DNA of 64,000 nt from an uncultured Erysipelotrichaceae bacterium (GCA_902787955.1 CADAIJ010000003.1:13907-77906), one strand, 5' to 3'; counted from the first letter of the stretch, positions 18,440-27,541 are shown. The notes: a model not told the origin generated them from the sequence alone. Translations and numbers: made by a program.

Positions 18440-20392
18440 TTATTTATCTTTTTTCTTAAAGACTTTACCGACACTCTTTTCTTCAACTGGTGTCATTTCG
18501 CCTTTTCTTCTTGTTCTAATGTACCAGAACATAATTCCACCAAGGAGTAAGATTCCTAAGATGAAGGCGATAATAGTGAATGGACATGCATGAACAATTA
18601 AGACGATTAAATCTAAGATGAAGTTAGCAATTAAAGCACATGTTGCAATAAATGTTAATAAGACTTCTTTAGCGGTCATCTTTTCCTTAAACTCATCAAC
18701 CTTAGCGTTATTCTTAATTATTTTTTTATAAACATTTAATCTAAGTAAGACATAAAGTGCTGCCACTAGTGTGATTAAGATATTAATGATTAATAAGATA
18801 ACACCAATACAGAATCCGTGTGATGCACCACCTCCAGCGGCACCTTTAGTGATAAAGGCAAATTCTGATAATTTACTAACTTTGAAGACTAAATCATTTC
18901 CATCAACACTATAGTCACTTACAAATTCCATTTCATCCGCTGAATGGATGTGAAGAATTCTTGCTTTTGACATATCGATGCCATTTGGAATAGCCATGCG
19001 GACTGTAATTATTAATCCTGGTTTAATGTCAGATGGCTGAATAACTGTTTCAACGCCACCAACGATTTGGACTAATTTAACATCGTAAACACTAGCAATT
19101 TTCTCATTCTTTTCGAGCATTTGTTGGATTTTAGCGTAGTCTTCAGCTATATCTTTTTCAGCAACATCAGTTCTAACTTCTACTCTTAACTCAATGTTAT
19201 CTGGAATGACTTCGTCATCAACTTCGACAGTAACATCTGGGTTATTTGGATCGGTGACTTCGGCACCAACGATTTCAAAATCAACTGATGCTGTAGCTTC
19301 ACCAAATGTAACTTTCGCAGTGTATTTACCGACATTAATACATTCAGTTACTTCAGAACCATCTTTATAGTATTTGATTTGAGGGTTTGGGAATGCTTCT
19401 TTGTTATATCCTGATTCAAAAGTGGCTACTTTCTTAGTATTACTGAACTCTAAATCAGTAGGTGCATTAAGTGTTAATGTAAGACCTTCAGTGATTTCAC
19501 ATGGATCGGTTCCACCATTACAAGTTGCGGTAATTTTATTGCCGTCAGCAATGTAATCCCAATCATGATCGTGATTATAAGAATATGGATATCTTAATCT
19601 ACGATAAAGACCGTCATTATAATCTTGAGGTAATGGTTCATTGCCCTTGAAAAGTGTTCTTCCTTCTGTACCTGCTTCATCTGTCCATAAACCAAAATCA
19701 GCGCCTAATTCATAATGATACCTGCTAAAAACAGGGCGAATTGGAAGAACATTTTTAGACACAGCAGTCATATCAAGAGTAACATCTTTACCAAAATAGA
19801 AATAGCATTGTATAGAAGCTTCTTGGGTTTGATTCGCATAGTGACCATAAGCCACAATTGATCTAGTGGTTATTTTAACAGTTTCAGTAAATTCAAAGTA
19901 AGCATGGCAAAATGAGTAAAATGCCCAAGTATAATAATCGTGATTAGCGATAATATTTAATTCTCCATCACCTTTAATTGTCAAATTAGAACAGACAGCA
20001 ATACCATAAATTGCCCATGCTTCAGGTAATTTAATATTATTTACACCCTTCGCATTAATAGTGAACATATCGGAATCACCATAATAAAGAATTACGTGTT
20101 CAACATTGTCAAAACTTTCACCATTATAAGTAAAACTATGTTTAGGCGCTGTCGTAGAATCAAATGTATAGTTATCAAGAGTCAAAGTTGTAGTGCTTGG
20201 GTCATATGACCAGCCATCACCAGAAGTATGGTCAGATGTAACTTCTTCATCTCCGACATAAAGTTTATAGCTTACTGGATCCGCTTTAACTTCTTTAAAT
20301 TCAGCTTGATAATTAATGGCTAATGCAGCGGCAGATAATGATAAAAACGCTGTCGCAAGCGATATAACTAATCTTGATGTTTTCTTTTTCAT
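18440..20392 (-). CDS. Secreted/membrane protein with a signal peptide, a large extracellular domain and a C-terminal multi-TM anchor.
   Basis: The start was reassigned to MKKKTSRLVISLATAFLSLSAAALA, which has the RBS GGAG 9 nt upstream. The C-terminus has 3-4 hydrophobic helices. Confidence 0.6.
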   Translation of the reverse strand: MKKKTSRLVISLATAFLSLSAAALAINYQAEFKEVKADPVSYKLYVGDEEVTSDHTSGDGWSYDPSTTTLTLDNYTFDSTTAPKHSFTYNGESFDNVEHVILYYGDSDMFTINAKGVNNIKLPEAWAIYGIAVCSNLTIKGDGELNIIANHDYYTWAFYSFCHAYFEFTETVKITTRSIVAYGHYANQTQEASIQCYFYFGKDVTLDMTAVSKNVLPIRPVFSRYHYELGADFGLWTDEAGTEGRTLFKGNEPLPQDYNDGLYRRLRYPYSYNHDHDWDYIADGNKITATCNGGTDPCEITEGLTLTLNAPTDLEFSNTKKVATFESGYNKEAFPNPQIKYYKDGSEVTECINVGKYTAKVTFGEATASVDFEIVGAEVTDPNNPDVTVEVDDEVIPDNIELRVEVRTDVAEKDIAEDYAKIQQMLEKNEKIASVYDVKLVQIVGGVETVIQPSDIKPGLIITVRMAIPNGIDMSKARILHIHSADEMEFVSDYSVDGNDLVFKVSKLSEFAFITKGAAGGGASHGFCIGVILLIINILITLVAALYVLLRLNVYKKIIKNNAKVDEFKEKMTAKEVLLTFIATCALIANFILDLIVLIVHACPFTIIAFILGILLLGGIMFWYIRTRRKGEMTPVEEKSVGKVFKKKDK

Positions 20393-20461
20393 AAGAATAA
20401 TCTCCATAAATATATATTTAAGATAATATAGATTTACACATGTATAAATCTTATTAAGCAT

Positions 20462-20480
20462 AGTGTTTCACATTGAAACA
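20462..20480. promoter_or_regulatory. Palindromic operator-like site AGTGTTTCACATTGAAACA.
   Basis: Identical core to 14414..14432. It lies about 70 nt upstream of the 18440..20392 start and in the divergent region shared with the response-regulator gene. Confidence 0.5.
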
Positions 20481-20560
20481 TTTTGCTTTTTTAGCGAAGA
20501 TAACTGTGTAATAATTCTTGTCGATATATTAAATTATCAATATATAGAGGGTGAAACACG

Positions 20561-21157
20561 GTGAAACATACATTTGGTGAAGCGCTTCTAAAAGCAAGAA
20601 AACAAAAAGGATTATCCCAGCAAGAGCTTGCGGAAAGTATACCTGTCACTCGTGCTAGTGTCGCTAACTGGGAAGCAGATAGAAGACTTCCAAACGCTAC
20701 TATTATTGCTAAGATTGCTGAAGTGTTAGAAATAGATGTTAGCGAACTTCTTGATACCGCTAATAAAGATGATATTCACCCAAATGTTATTATCGTTGAT
20801 GACAATAAAATCGTTCTCACAGGTGGAGCACCAATTATTGAAAAAGCCCTTCCTAATGCGAAAGTCGCTTGTTTTACTAAGCCAAAAGAAGCGATTAAAT
20901 ATGCAAAAGAAAACCGCATCTCTTTAGCGTTTTTAGATATCGAACTCGGTTTAACAAACGGGATAGATTTGTGTAATGAGTTACTTGAAATTAACCCACG
21001 TATGAACATTATTTTCTTAACCGCCTATCCAGAATATTCGGTTGATGCATGGAACACTAAAGCGAGTGGGTTTATGGTTAAACCAATCACTTTTGAAGGT
21101 GTTAAAGAACAACTTAAGAAACTAAGACACCCATTCCCAACTGGAGGCATTATTTAA
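20561..21157 (+). CDS. Response regulator with an N-terminal XRE-type HTH and a C-terminal receiver domain.
   Basis: GTG start with the RBS AGAGGG. The HTH is LSQQELAESIPVTRASVANWE. The receiver has IIVDD...FLDIEL...K, with the phospho-acceptor Asp in FLDIEL. Confidence 0.7.
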   Translation: MKHTFGEALLKARKQKGLSQQELAESIPVTRASVANWEADRRLPNATIIAKIAEVLEIDVSELLDTANKDDIHPNVIIVDDNKIVLTGGAPIIEKALPNAKVACFTKPKEAIKYAKENRISLAFLDIELGLTNGIDLCNELLEINPRMNIIFLTAYPEYSVDAWNTKASGFMVKPITFEGVKEQLKKLRHPFPTGGII

Positions 21158-22431
21158 TGCCGGGTGACACTTTAATATATGCCTACTTTTTTATAGGCGG
21201 TGCTTTATTACTTCTTGTTTTATTAGGTTTAGTAGCCTCACTTAGTTTTCCTACTTTAGATAAAAAGAGCAAAATCTTTTTTATTTCATCTTTTTCAATA
21301 CTTGTTTTGAGTATTATCGCTTATATTATCGACTTATTTGTTTATACAAATCCTAGCCTTGCTTGGGTTGGAAAAATAATTGCGTTCTTTGAAACATTTT
21401 TACCATCTGTATTAATGCCACTTCTAACGATCTATGTTTTACTTTGCACGAAAAAAAGTATCCGTAAAAATGCCATTTTCTATATAAATATTGCCTTATG
21501 TGTGGTTTTAATAGCCTTACTTATAGTCACTCAATTTACGGATGGAATTTATTATTTTACCGACGAAAATGAGTTCGTTCGTGGTGACTTCTACTTTGTT
21601 TTAATTGTCCCGATGCTCGCGTTAATTGCCTTAAACCTTCTTCTAATTATTTATAATCGTAAGCTTCTAGATAAGATGTACTTTATCGCATTTCTTATAT
21701 ATTTAATTCCTTTATTAATAGTTATGACTTTGCAGACTTTTATTTCGGTCTTTATCCTTATTGTCTTAGCTATATCTATTAGCGCATTATCGATGTTTGG
21801 AATTATTATGTATGACCAAATAGATCAATACTTACGTCAACAAAGAGAAATAGCGGATCAACGCGCTAGTATCAAGGTGTTACAAATGAGACCTCACTTT
21901 ATCTATAACACAATGACAAGCATCTATTATTTATGTGTACAAGATCCAGAAAAAGCTCAACAAGTAACCCTAGACTTTACAACTTATCTTCGTAAGAACT
22001 TTAATGCAATAACTAGTAAAGAACCTATTCCTTTTAGTGAAGAACTTGAACATACTCGCGCTTATTTAGCGGTCGTTAAAGCTCAATATGAAGATAACCT
22101 TAAAGTGGAATTTGATACACCTCATACTAAGTTCCGTGTACCACCTTTAACTTTACAACCACTTGTTGAAAATTCCGTTAAATACGGACTAAATATTGAT
22201 TCTACTGAACCATTACGTGTTTCTATTAAAACAGAAAAAGTTGATAATGGCAGCGTTATTATCGTTAGCGATACCGGCCCAGGCATTTCAGGTGATGATA
22301 ATGGAGAACCACATATTGCTTTAAATAATATTCGTGAACGTCTATCGTTAATTAAAGGTACATTAACCATTTCACCAAATGAAAATGGGGGCACTATTGT
22401 TAGCATCTATATTCCTGATAATAACAAATAG
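21157..22431 (+). CDS. Sensor histidine kinase, LytS/YehU-like (multi-TM sensor + His_kinase + HATPase_c).
   Basis: About 6 TM helices. The H-box RPHFIYNTMTSIYYL and the SDTGPGISGDD G-box are present. Its start overlaps the stop of the RR gene. Confidence 0.75.
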   Translation: MPGDTLIYAYFFIGGALLLLVLLGLVASLSFPTLDKKSKIFFISSFSILVLSIIAYIIDLFVYTNPSLAWVGKIIAFFETFLPSVLMPLLTIYVLLCTKKSIRKNAIFYINIALCVVLIALLIVTQFTDGIYYFTDENEFVRGDFYFVLIVPMLALIALNLLLIIYNRKLLDKMYFIAFLIYLIPLLIVMTLQTFISVFILIVLAISISALSMFGIIMYDQIDQYLRQQREIADQRASIKVLQMRPHFIYNTMTSIYYLCVQDPEKAQQVTLDFTTYLRKNFNAITSKEPIPFSEELEHTRAYLAVVKAQYEDNLKVEFDTPHTKFRVPPLTLQPLVENSVKYGLNIDSTEPLRVSIKTEKVDNGSVIIVSDTGPGISGDDNGEPHIALNNIRERLSLIKGTLTISPNENGGTIVSIYIPDNNK

Positions 22432-22470
22432 AAACCCCATGAAAAACTGGATGGACACGAGGTTTAAACC
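22432..22470. repeat. Hairpin-2 element of the repeat family, acting as a minus-strand terminator for ATPase3.
   Basis: GAAACCCCATGAAAAACTGGATGGACACGAGGTTTAAACC is homologous to 11865-11900 and 24128-24163. Confidence 0.5.
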
Positions 22471-22476
22471 ATTTCA

Positions 22477-23730
22477 CTATATAGAGGAAACAGGAAGAAC
22501 ATAACAATCTTCACCGATTGAATAAATCGCGTGAGTAGTACACACTATTGCATTTTTGGTGCGTCTAAGCTTTGTTGATTTGAATAAGTCAAAGGCTTTT
22601 ATATCGTCCTTTTTATATGTTTCTCCACTTTTTAATTCCACTAGAGAAATATTACCGTCGAATACTATCACTAAATCAACTTCATTCTTATCAAAGGTTC
22701 TAAAATAATAGAAAGATGTATTGACATCCTTGTGGTTGTTTTTATAACTTTTAAGTATTTCATTGATAATATAAGTTTCAACGATATGTCCCTTTAAATA
22801 AGAGTTTTTTAATGTCTCTGGAGAATTAACTCTTGCTAAATAACACGCCAATCCTGTATCGGAGAAATATACTTTTGGTCTTTTAACAACCCGTTTAGAA
22901 ACACTTTCTTCATAATATGGTTGCAATAAATGGATTATATTTCCAGCTACCAAAACACTAATCCAAGATTGTACGGTTTTCATATCTATCCCAACTTCTT
23001 TTGCTAAATTGTCATAGATTAATTCTTGGCCAGTAAGAGAAGCTAATATTGTCATAAAATTAATGAATTTTTGCTTGTCTTTTAATGTTATTAAATCCGA
23101 GACGTCTCTTTCTAAGTAAGTTGTTACGTAATCTGAATAAAATGAACCAGTATCCAAATCCTTATTATCATAAAGTTCTGGATAAAAGCCTCTTACAATG
23201 TATTCATAAAGGTTATTCGTTTCAATCATATATGTATTACATCTTTCGTTAATATGATTGATATCAATTACAAATGGTTGTTCAGAAACATTATTAATCT
23301 CACTCAGAGATAATGGTTCCATTGAAATAAGACCAACCCGACCAGACATAGACTCAGTAATGCCTTTCATAAGTTTATAGGCTTGAGAGCCTGTCAAAAC
23401 ATACAAGCCTCTCTTTTTTCCAGACTTAATATGAGCATCCACTGCACCTTCTAAATAATCAAATAGCTCTGGAGCTTTCTGTATTTCATCAATAATATAT
23501 GGAGCTGGATGAAGAGATAAAAATTCAGCAGGATCATTTTTGGCTGCGTTTCTAACAAGTGGATCCGCTAAAGAAACATACCCGAACCCTAAATCTTTTT
23601 CAATCAAACCACATAAAGTCGTTTTTCCGACTTGCCTAGCGCCTGTAATAACGGTAACGGCTTTGTTTTTAATTGTTTTAATAATTTCTCGATAAATTGT
23701 TCTTTCAATCATTATTTTTACCTCAAACAT
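22477..23730 (-). CDS. AAA+ ATPase of the COG1373 family (AAA_14 + DUF4143), paralog 3.
   Basis: Walker A GARQVGKTTL and a Walker B-like IIDEIQ. 417 aa. Confidence 0.8.
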   Translation of the reverse strand: MFEVKIMIERTIYREIIKTIKNKAVTVITGARQVGKTTLCGLIEKDLGFGYVSLADPLVRNAAKNDPAEFLSLHPAPYIIDEIQKAPELFDYLEGAVDAHIKSGKKRGLYVLTGSQAYKLMKGITESMSGRVGLISMEPLSLSEINNVSEQPFVIDINHINERCNTYMIETNNLYEYIVRGFYPELYDNKDLDTGSFYSDYVTTYLERDVSDLITLKDKQKFINFMTILASLTGQELIYDNLAKEVGIDMKTVQSWISVLVAGNIIHLLQPYYEESVSKRVVKRPKVYFSDTGLACYLARVNSPETLKNSYLKGHIVETYIINEILKSYKNNHKDVNTSFYYFRTFDKNEVDLVIVFDGNISLVELKSGETYKKDDIKAFDLFKSTKLRRTKNAIVCTTHAIYSIGEDCYVLPVSSI

Positions 23731-23958
23731 ATTATATCTCGTAATTTTTGGAGTTCAACTCCTATTTTTTCATAACTAAATAGTAAGCGAAATCACTAAA
23801 CATTTTATGTTTTCAATACAAAAACCGAAAGATTACGGATTAAATAACCGAAACAAAACTAAAAGAATCCATCAATAAAACATGTTATTTCTTTTAAAAA
23901 ATAGGTTTTTATAAAAATCGACCAAAACAACAGTGCAATGCGATTTTAGTCGAAGAAG

Positions 23959-24163
23959 TATGTGTATCGACAATTAGTCTTAGAACCCTGTATGTGTATC
24001 GACAATTGAAGACATCAATGATTGTCAAGACACGTATAAAAAAGTTCGTGTTTTTTCTTATTTTTTGGCATTTTTTGCTATATTAGGTCTTGGAACACGG
24101 TTTTATTCAATTTATAACTGGACACATAAAAAACCCCGTGAAAATCTCGACGGACACGAGGTT
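23959..24163. repeat. Composite repeat module, copy C. It consists of two TATGTGTATCGACAATT direct repeats 32 bp apart, hairpin 1, an AT-rich spacer and hairpin 2.
   Basis: Direct repeats at 23959 and 23991. GACACGTATAAAAAAGTTCGTGTTTTTT at about 24037. AAAAAACCCCGTGAAAATCTCGACGGACACGAGGTTT at about 24127. Confidence 0.6.
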
Positions 24164-24182
24164 TATACTTTTTTTGCAATAA

Positions 24183-25415
24183 TTATCTTTTTAGCAAAAC
24201 TTCTTTTTCGTATTCTCTGACTTCTTTTAACATCTCAGCGTCACTTACCATATTTTGACGTTTAAGATATTCGTCCCAAACTTCTCCCCATGGTAATGTT
24301 TTTAATTCTTCTTGAAGCGCTAAAACTGAGGTATGATCGCCATTATCTTGAAGTTCTTTTAACTTATCCCATGGTGTTAATAAAGCCTTTAATAAAGCCT
24401 TTTCCATATTTCTTGCACCAATCACCATCGCTGCAATTCTATTAATAGAAGCATCAAAATAATCTAAACCGATATAACTTCTTTTTAATCCATCACATTT
24501 TACTAATTCATCAGCGACATCTTGAAGATCATCATTAAGTTTTAAAACGTGATCACTATCCCATCTTACTGGCCTAGAGACATGGAAGGCTAATTTGTTA
24601 TAGAAACAGTACATTGATGAAATCTTATCAGCGACATTTTCTGTTGGATGGAAATGACCGGTATCTAATAAGCAACAAATATTTCTACTGGCTGCGTAAT
24701 TCAAATAAAATTCATTACTACCTGTAGTGTATGATTCAACACCGATTCCAAAGACCTTACTTTCCACGGAAACATCCATAACTTTCTTATCATATTTATA
24801 ACCTGCAAGAATTTTATCTAAAGAATCTTTTAATCTCATTCTTGGACCTAATCTATCTGCTGGAACATCTTTGAGTCCATCAGGAATCCAAATGTTCATC
24901 AATGACTTTTGTCCTAGTTCTTTGCCAAACATTTCGGTGATTTTTAAGCCATTTATGCAGTGTTTTATCCAATAATTACGAACTTTTTCATCTGGGGAAG
25001 ATAAAGAAAGACCATCCACTAACATAGGGTGAGAAAAGATTGTTGGATTATAATCTAAACCCAAGCCTCTCTCTTTAGCGTATTTTACCCATTCTTCAAA
25101 TTGTTCAGGTCCAACATCACATCTTTGAACGATTTTACCTGTTTGATAAATAGCGTGGAGATTAATTTTTTTGCTACCTGGAATATAACTTAAAGCTTTG
25201 TCTAAATCCTTTGTTAATTCTTCAAAGTTTCTCGCTCTTCCTGGATAGTTACCCGTAGCTTGAATCCCACCAGTTAAATCTCCATCTCCTTCAAAACCTT
25301 TGACATCATCAAGTTGCCAACAATGAAGGGAAATCTTTGTTTCTTTAAGTTTCCTTAAAGCTTCAAATACATCCAATCCATAAGATGCATAAATTTCTTT
25401 GATTTGTTTTCTCAT
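24183..25415 (-). CDS. rhaA: L-rhamnose isomerase.
   Basis: 410 aa. The N-terminal region ...LHCWQLDDVKGFE... and overall similarity match the RhaA family. Confidence 0.85.
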   Translation of the reverse strand: MRKQIKEIYASYGLDVFEALRKLKETKISLHCWQLDDVKGFEGDGDLTGGIQATGNYPGRARNFEELTKDLDKALSYIPGSKKINLHAIYQTGKIVQRCDVGPEQFEEWVKYAKERGLGLDYNPTIFSHPMLVDGLSLSSPDEKVRNYWIKHCINGLKITEMFGKELGQKSLMNIWIPDGLKDVPADRLGPRMRLKDSLDKILAGYKYDKKVMDVSVESKVFGIGVESYTTGSNEFYLNYAASRNICCLLDTGHFHPTENVADKISSMYCFYNKLAFHVSRPVRWDSDHVLKLNDDLQDVADELVKCDGLKRSYIGLDYFDASINRIAAMVIGARNMEKALLKALLTPWDKLKELQDNGDHTSVLALQEELKTLPWGEVWDEYLKRQNMVSDAEMLKEVREYEKEVLLKR

Positions 25416-26719
25416 AATTCCTTACTCGCTTTCATTTGAATTTTGATATTTCCTAACGCGGTTGCTTCGATTGGATGAACAACCACTTTTAAATTTGTAT
25501 ATTCTTTAATTAAGCTATTGAGGTAGTCGTTTTTAGCTCCACCGCCTAATACATGTATTGCTTTATATTTTTTAGAGGTAATCTTTTCTAATTCATTTAC
25601 GGCGTTTTTATACGCTAATGCCATCGAGCGATATATGGATGAAAATACTTCTAAATCGTTTTTAGGTTGATTATCTTTTGGCAGTAACTTGAGTATTGCT
25701 TCTTTCATATTAGTAGGAGATAAAAGTGACTCATCATTTACATTAAATGTCATCCTATAGTTACTTTTAAAAATATTTTCATTAATATATTCTTGAGTTA
25801 AATGGGTTTCTTTTTTTACTCTATTAGCAATCCACATCCCCATGATGTTTTTTAAAAATCTAATGTAGCCCACTCCGCCTTCGTTAGTGTAATTAGCTTT
25901 TAAAGATTCATTAGTGATGATGGCTTTTTTTGATTTAATGCCTAATAAGGACCAGGTTCCACTACTAAGAATGATAGAATCATCATCAGTATCAATTGAT
26001 TCAAAAGCAGATGCGGTATCATGAGAAGCACATAAATATACTTTAGTGTTCCCACCTACTTTCTTTTGTATTAAAGGTAATAATTCCCCAACAAAATCTC
26101 CAGGTTGATTTATTTTTCCAAAGAGTTTTTTTGGGAAATTCAATTTATCTAACGTTTCATAATCGTATTCTTTATTTAAAGCGTTTAATAATGCACCAGT
26201 AGATTCGTTCGTGTATTCATGGGTTTTAATGCCAGTTAATTTATAAACAAAATAACTTGGAAGCATTAAATAATCAGTAGCTTCATTTAATCGACCATTT
26301 TTTAAATCATCATATAGTTGATAAATAGTGTCAAATGACGCGAATTGAATCCCAGTTTTTTCATATAGGTTTTCAAATGAAACTATTTTGTGAACATCAT
26401 CACTAGCTTTTAAGCATCTCTTATTTCGATAAGCATAAAAAGGAGGTATTTCTTTTTCCTTATTCATTAAAACATAATCAACTCCCCATGTATCGATAGA
26501 AAGTGATTCAATATTTTTATACTTTTTAAACGCTAATTTAATACCTTTTAATATTTCTTGATATAACCTTGGAATATCCCAAACTAAGCCATTTAGCGAA
26601 TCATCCATTCCCGTTTTAAAACGATGGACCTCATCTAAAATAATTTCTTCATTTTTAGTGTAACCCACAATATGACGGCCACTACTGGCTCCTAGATCAA
26701 TAGCAAGGTAATATTTCAT
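25412..26719 (-). CDS. rhaB: Rhamnulokinase (FGGY carbohydrate kinase).
   Basis: The FGGY N-terminus YLAIDLGASSGR. It sits between rhaA and rhaD. Confidence 0.8.
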   Translation of the reverse strand: MKYYLAIDLGASSGRHIVGYTKNEEIILDEVHRFKTGMDDSLNGLVWDIPRLYQEILKGIKLAFKKYKNIESLSIDTWGVDYVLMNKEKEIPPFYAYRNKRCLKASDDVHKIVSFENLYEKTGIQFASFDTIYQLYDDLKNGRLNEATDYLMLPSYFVYKLTGIKTHEYTNESTGALLNALNKEYDYETLDKLNFPKKLFGKINQPGDFVGELLPLIQKKVGGNTKVYLCASHDTASAFESIDTDDDSIILSSGTWSLLGIKSKKAIITNESLKANYTNEGGVGYIRFLKNIMGMWIANRVKKETHLTQEYINENIFKSNYRMTFNVNDESLLSPTNMKEAILKLLPKDNQPKNDLEVFSSIYRSMALAYKNAVNELEKITSKKYKAIHVLGGGAKNDYLNSLIKEYTNLKVVVHPIEATALGNIKIQMKASKEL

Positions 26720-26720
26720 T

Positions 26721-27539
26721 TTATTTTTCTTCGATAACTCCAGGCATCATTTTTAAATTCCAGAGTTTAGCTAAACCAATAATAACTTCATCCGGAATCT
26801 CATTAACAACATGGCCTAAAGTTAACATATAAATCTGAGCGGTCTTCTCGACGGTTTCGATTAAACCAAAAGCTTCATCAATATCATTTCCGGCGCCATA
26901 GATACCATGATTAGTCCAAGAAACAATTCGATGTTCTTTCATTTTATTAGCAGTGGCTTCACCAATTTCAGTTGTGCCACAAATCATACATGGTAAAACA
27001 CCAATTCCTTCTGGGAAAACAACAACTGCTTCGGTATTTGATTTCCATAGTTTTCTTGTAAAGACTACTTCATCAGTTGGTAAGCAAGCCCCCATACAAA
27101 TTGTATAGGTTGGGTGAGTGTGCATTATTACTCTATTATTTGGATTAACTTTTAATCGAGTAGCGTGGCTCATTAAGTGGGCTGGAAATTCGCTTGTGAA
27201 CTTGCCTCCACTTCGATAGCCCCATAACAAGTGGGCTATTTTGCCATTATTATCAATTTTTACTAACCCTAAATTCTCTTCTGGATCTTTAATTATATTT
27301 TTAAAATATTTACCAGTTCCTGTGACTAAAAAATATTTATTTCTAGTGATTTCATCCGCTTTAAAACCAAGTGGAATATCTCTTATAAATTCATCTTTTG
27401 GGAAATATTCTTTTACATACATTTCGTCGATAAGATATGAAATGTTACCGCCATTTCTTTCATCCCAACCTTGATGATACATATTGTTAGTAATTTCACT
27501 AACTTCTTTAACAAATTTTGATTCTAAAAAGTTTTTCAT
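26721..27539 (-). CDS. rhaD: Rhamnulose-1-phosphate aldolase (class II aldolase/adducin family).
   Basis: 272 aa with the Zn-binding His cluster MHTHPTYT. Adjacent to rhaB. Confidence 0.8.
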   Translation of the reverse strand: MKNFLESKFVKEVSEITNNMYHQGWDERNGGNISYLIDEMYVKEYFPKDEFIRDIPLGFKADEITRNKYFLVTGTGKYFKNIIKDPEENLGLVKIDNNGKIAHLLWGYRSGGKFTSEFPAHLMSHATRLKVNPNNRVIMHTHPTYTICMGACLPTDEVVFTRKLWKSNTEAVVVFPEGIGVLPCMICGTTEIGEATANKMKEHRIVSWTNHGIYGAGNDIDEAFGLIETVEKTAQIYMLTLGHVVNEIPDEVIIGLAKLWNLKMMPGVIEEK

Positions 27540-27541
27540 TT

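Noticed and set aside
14970-18550. Antisense and internal ORFs within the mscS and surface-protein genes (for example 14970..15380, 16183..16419, 17125..17364, 18057..18296, 18314..18550).
   Set aside because: They are embedded out of frame or antisense in long, well-supported CDSs. They have low-complexity composition and no RBS.
20518-20546. Sigma70-like promoter TTGTCG-17-TATATA for the response-regulator gene.
   Set aside because: The -10 box ends only 15 nt before the GTG start, which would put the AGAGGG RBS upstream of the TSS. This is incompatible unless the mRNA is near-leaderless. It is recorded only as a possibility, and the TTGTCGA core also resembles the ATPase-associated repeats.
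9165-24163. The repeat modules as a CRISPR array.
   Set aside because: The copies are hundreds to thousands of bp apart. They are about 170 bp long and have no regular repeat-spacer periodicity and no cas genes.
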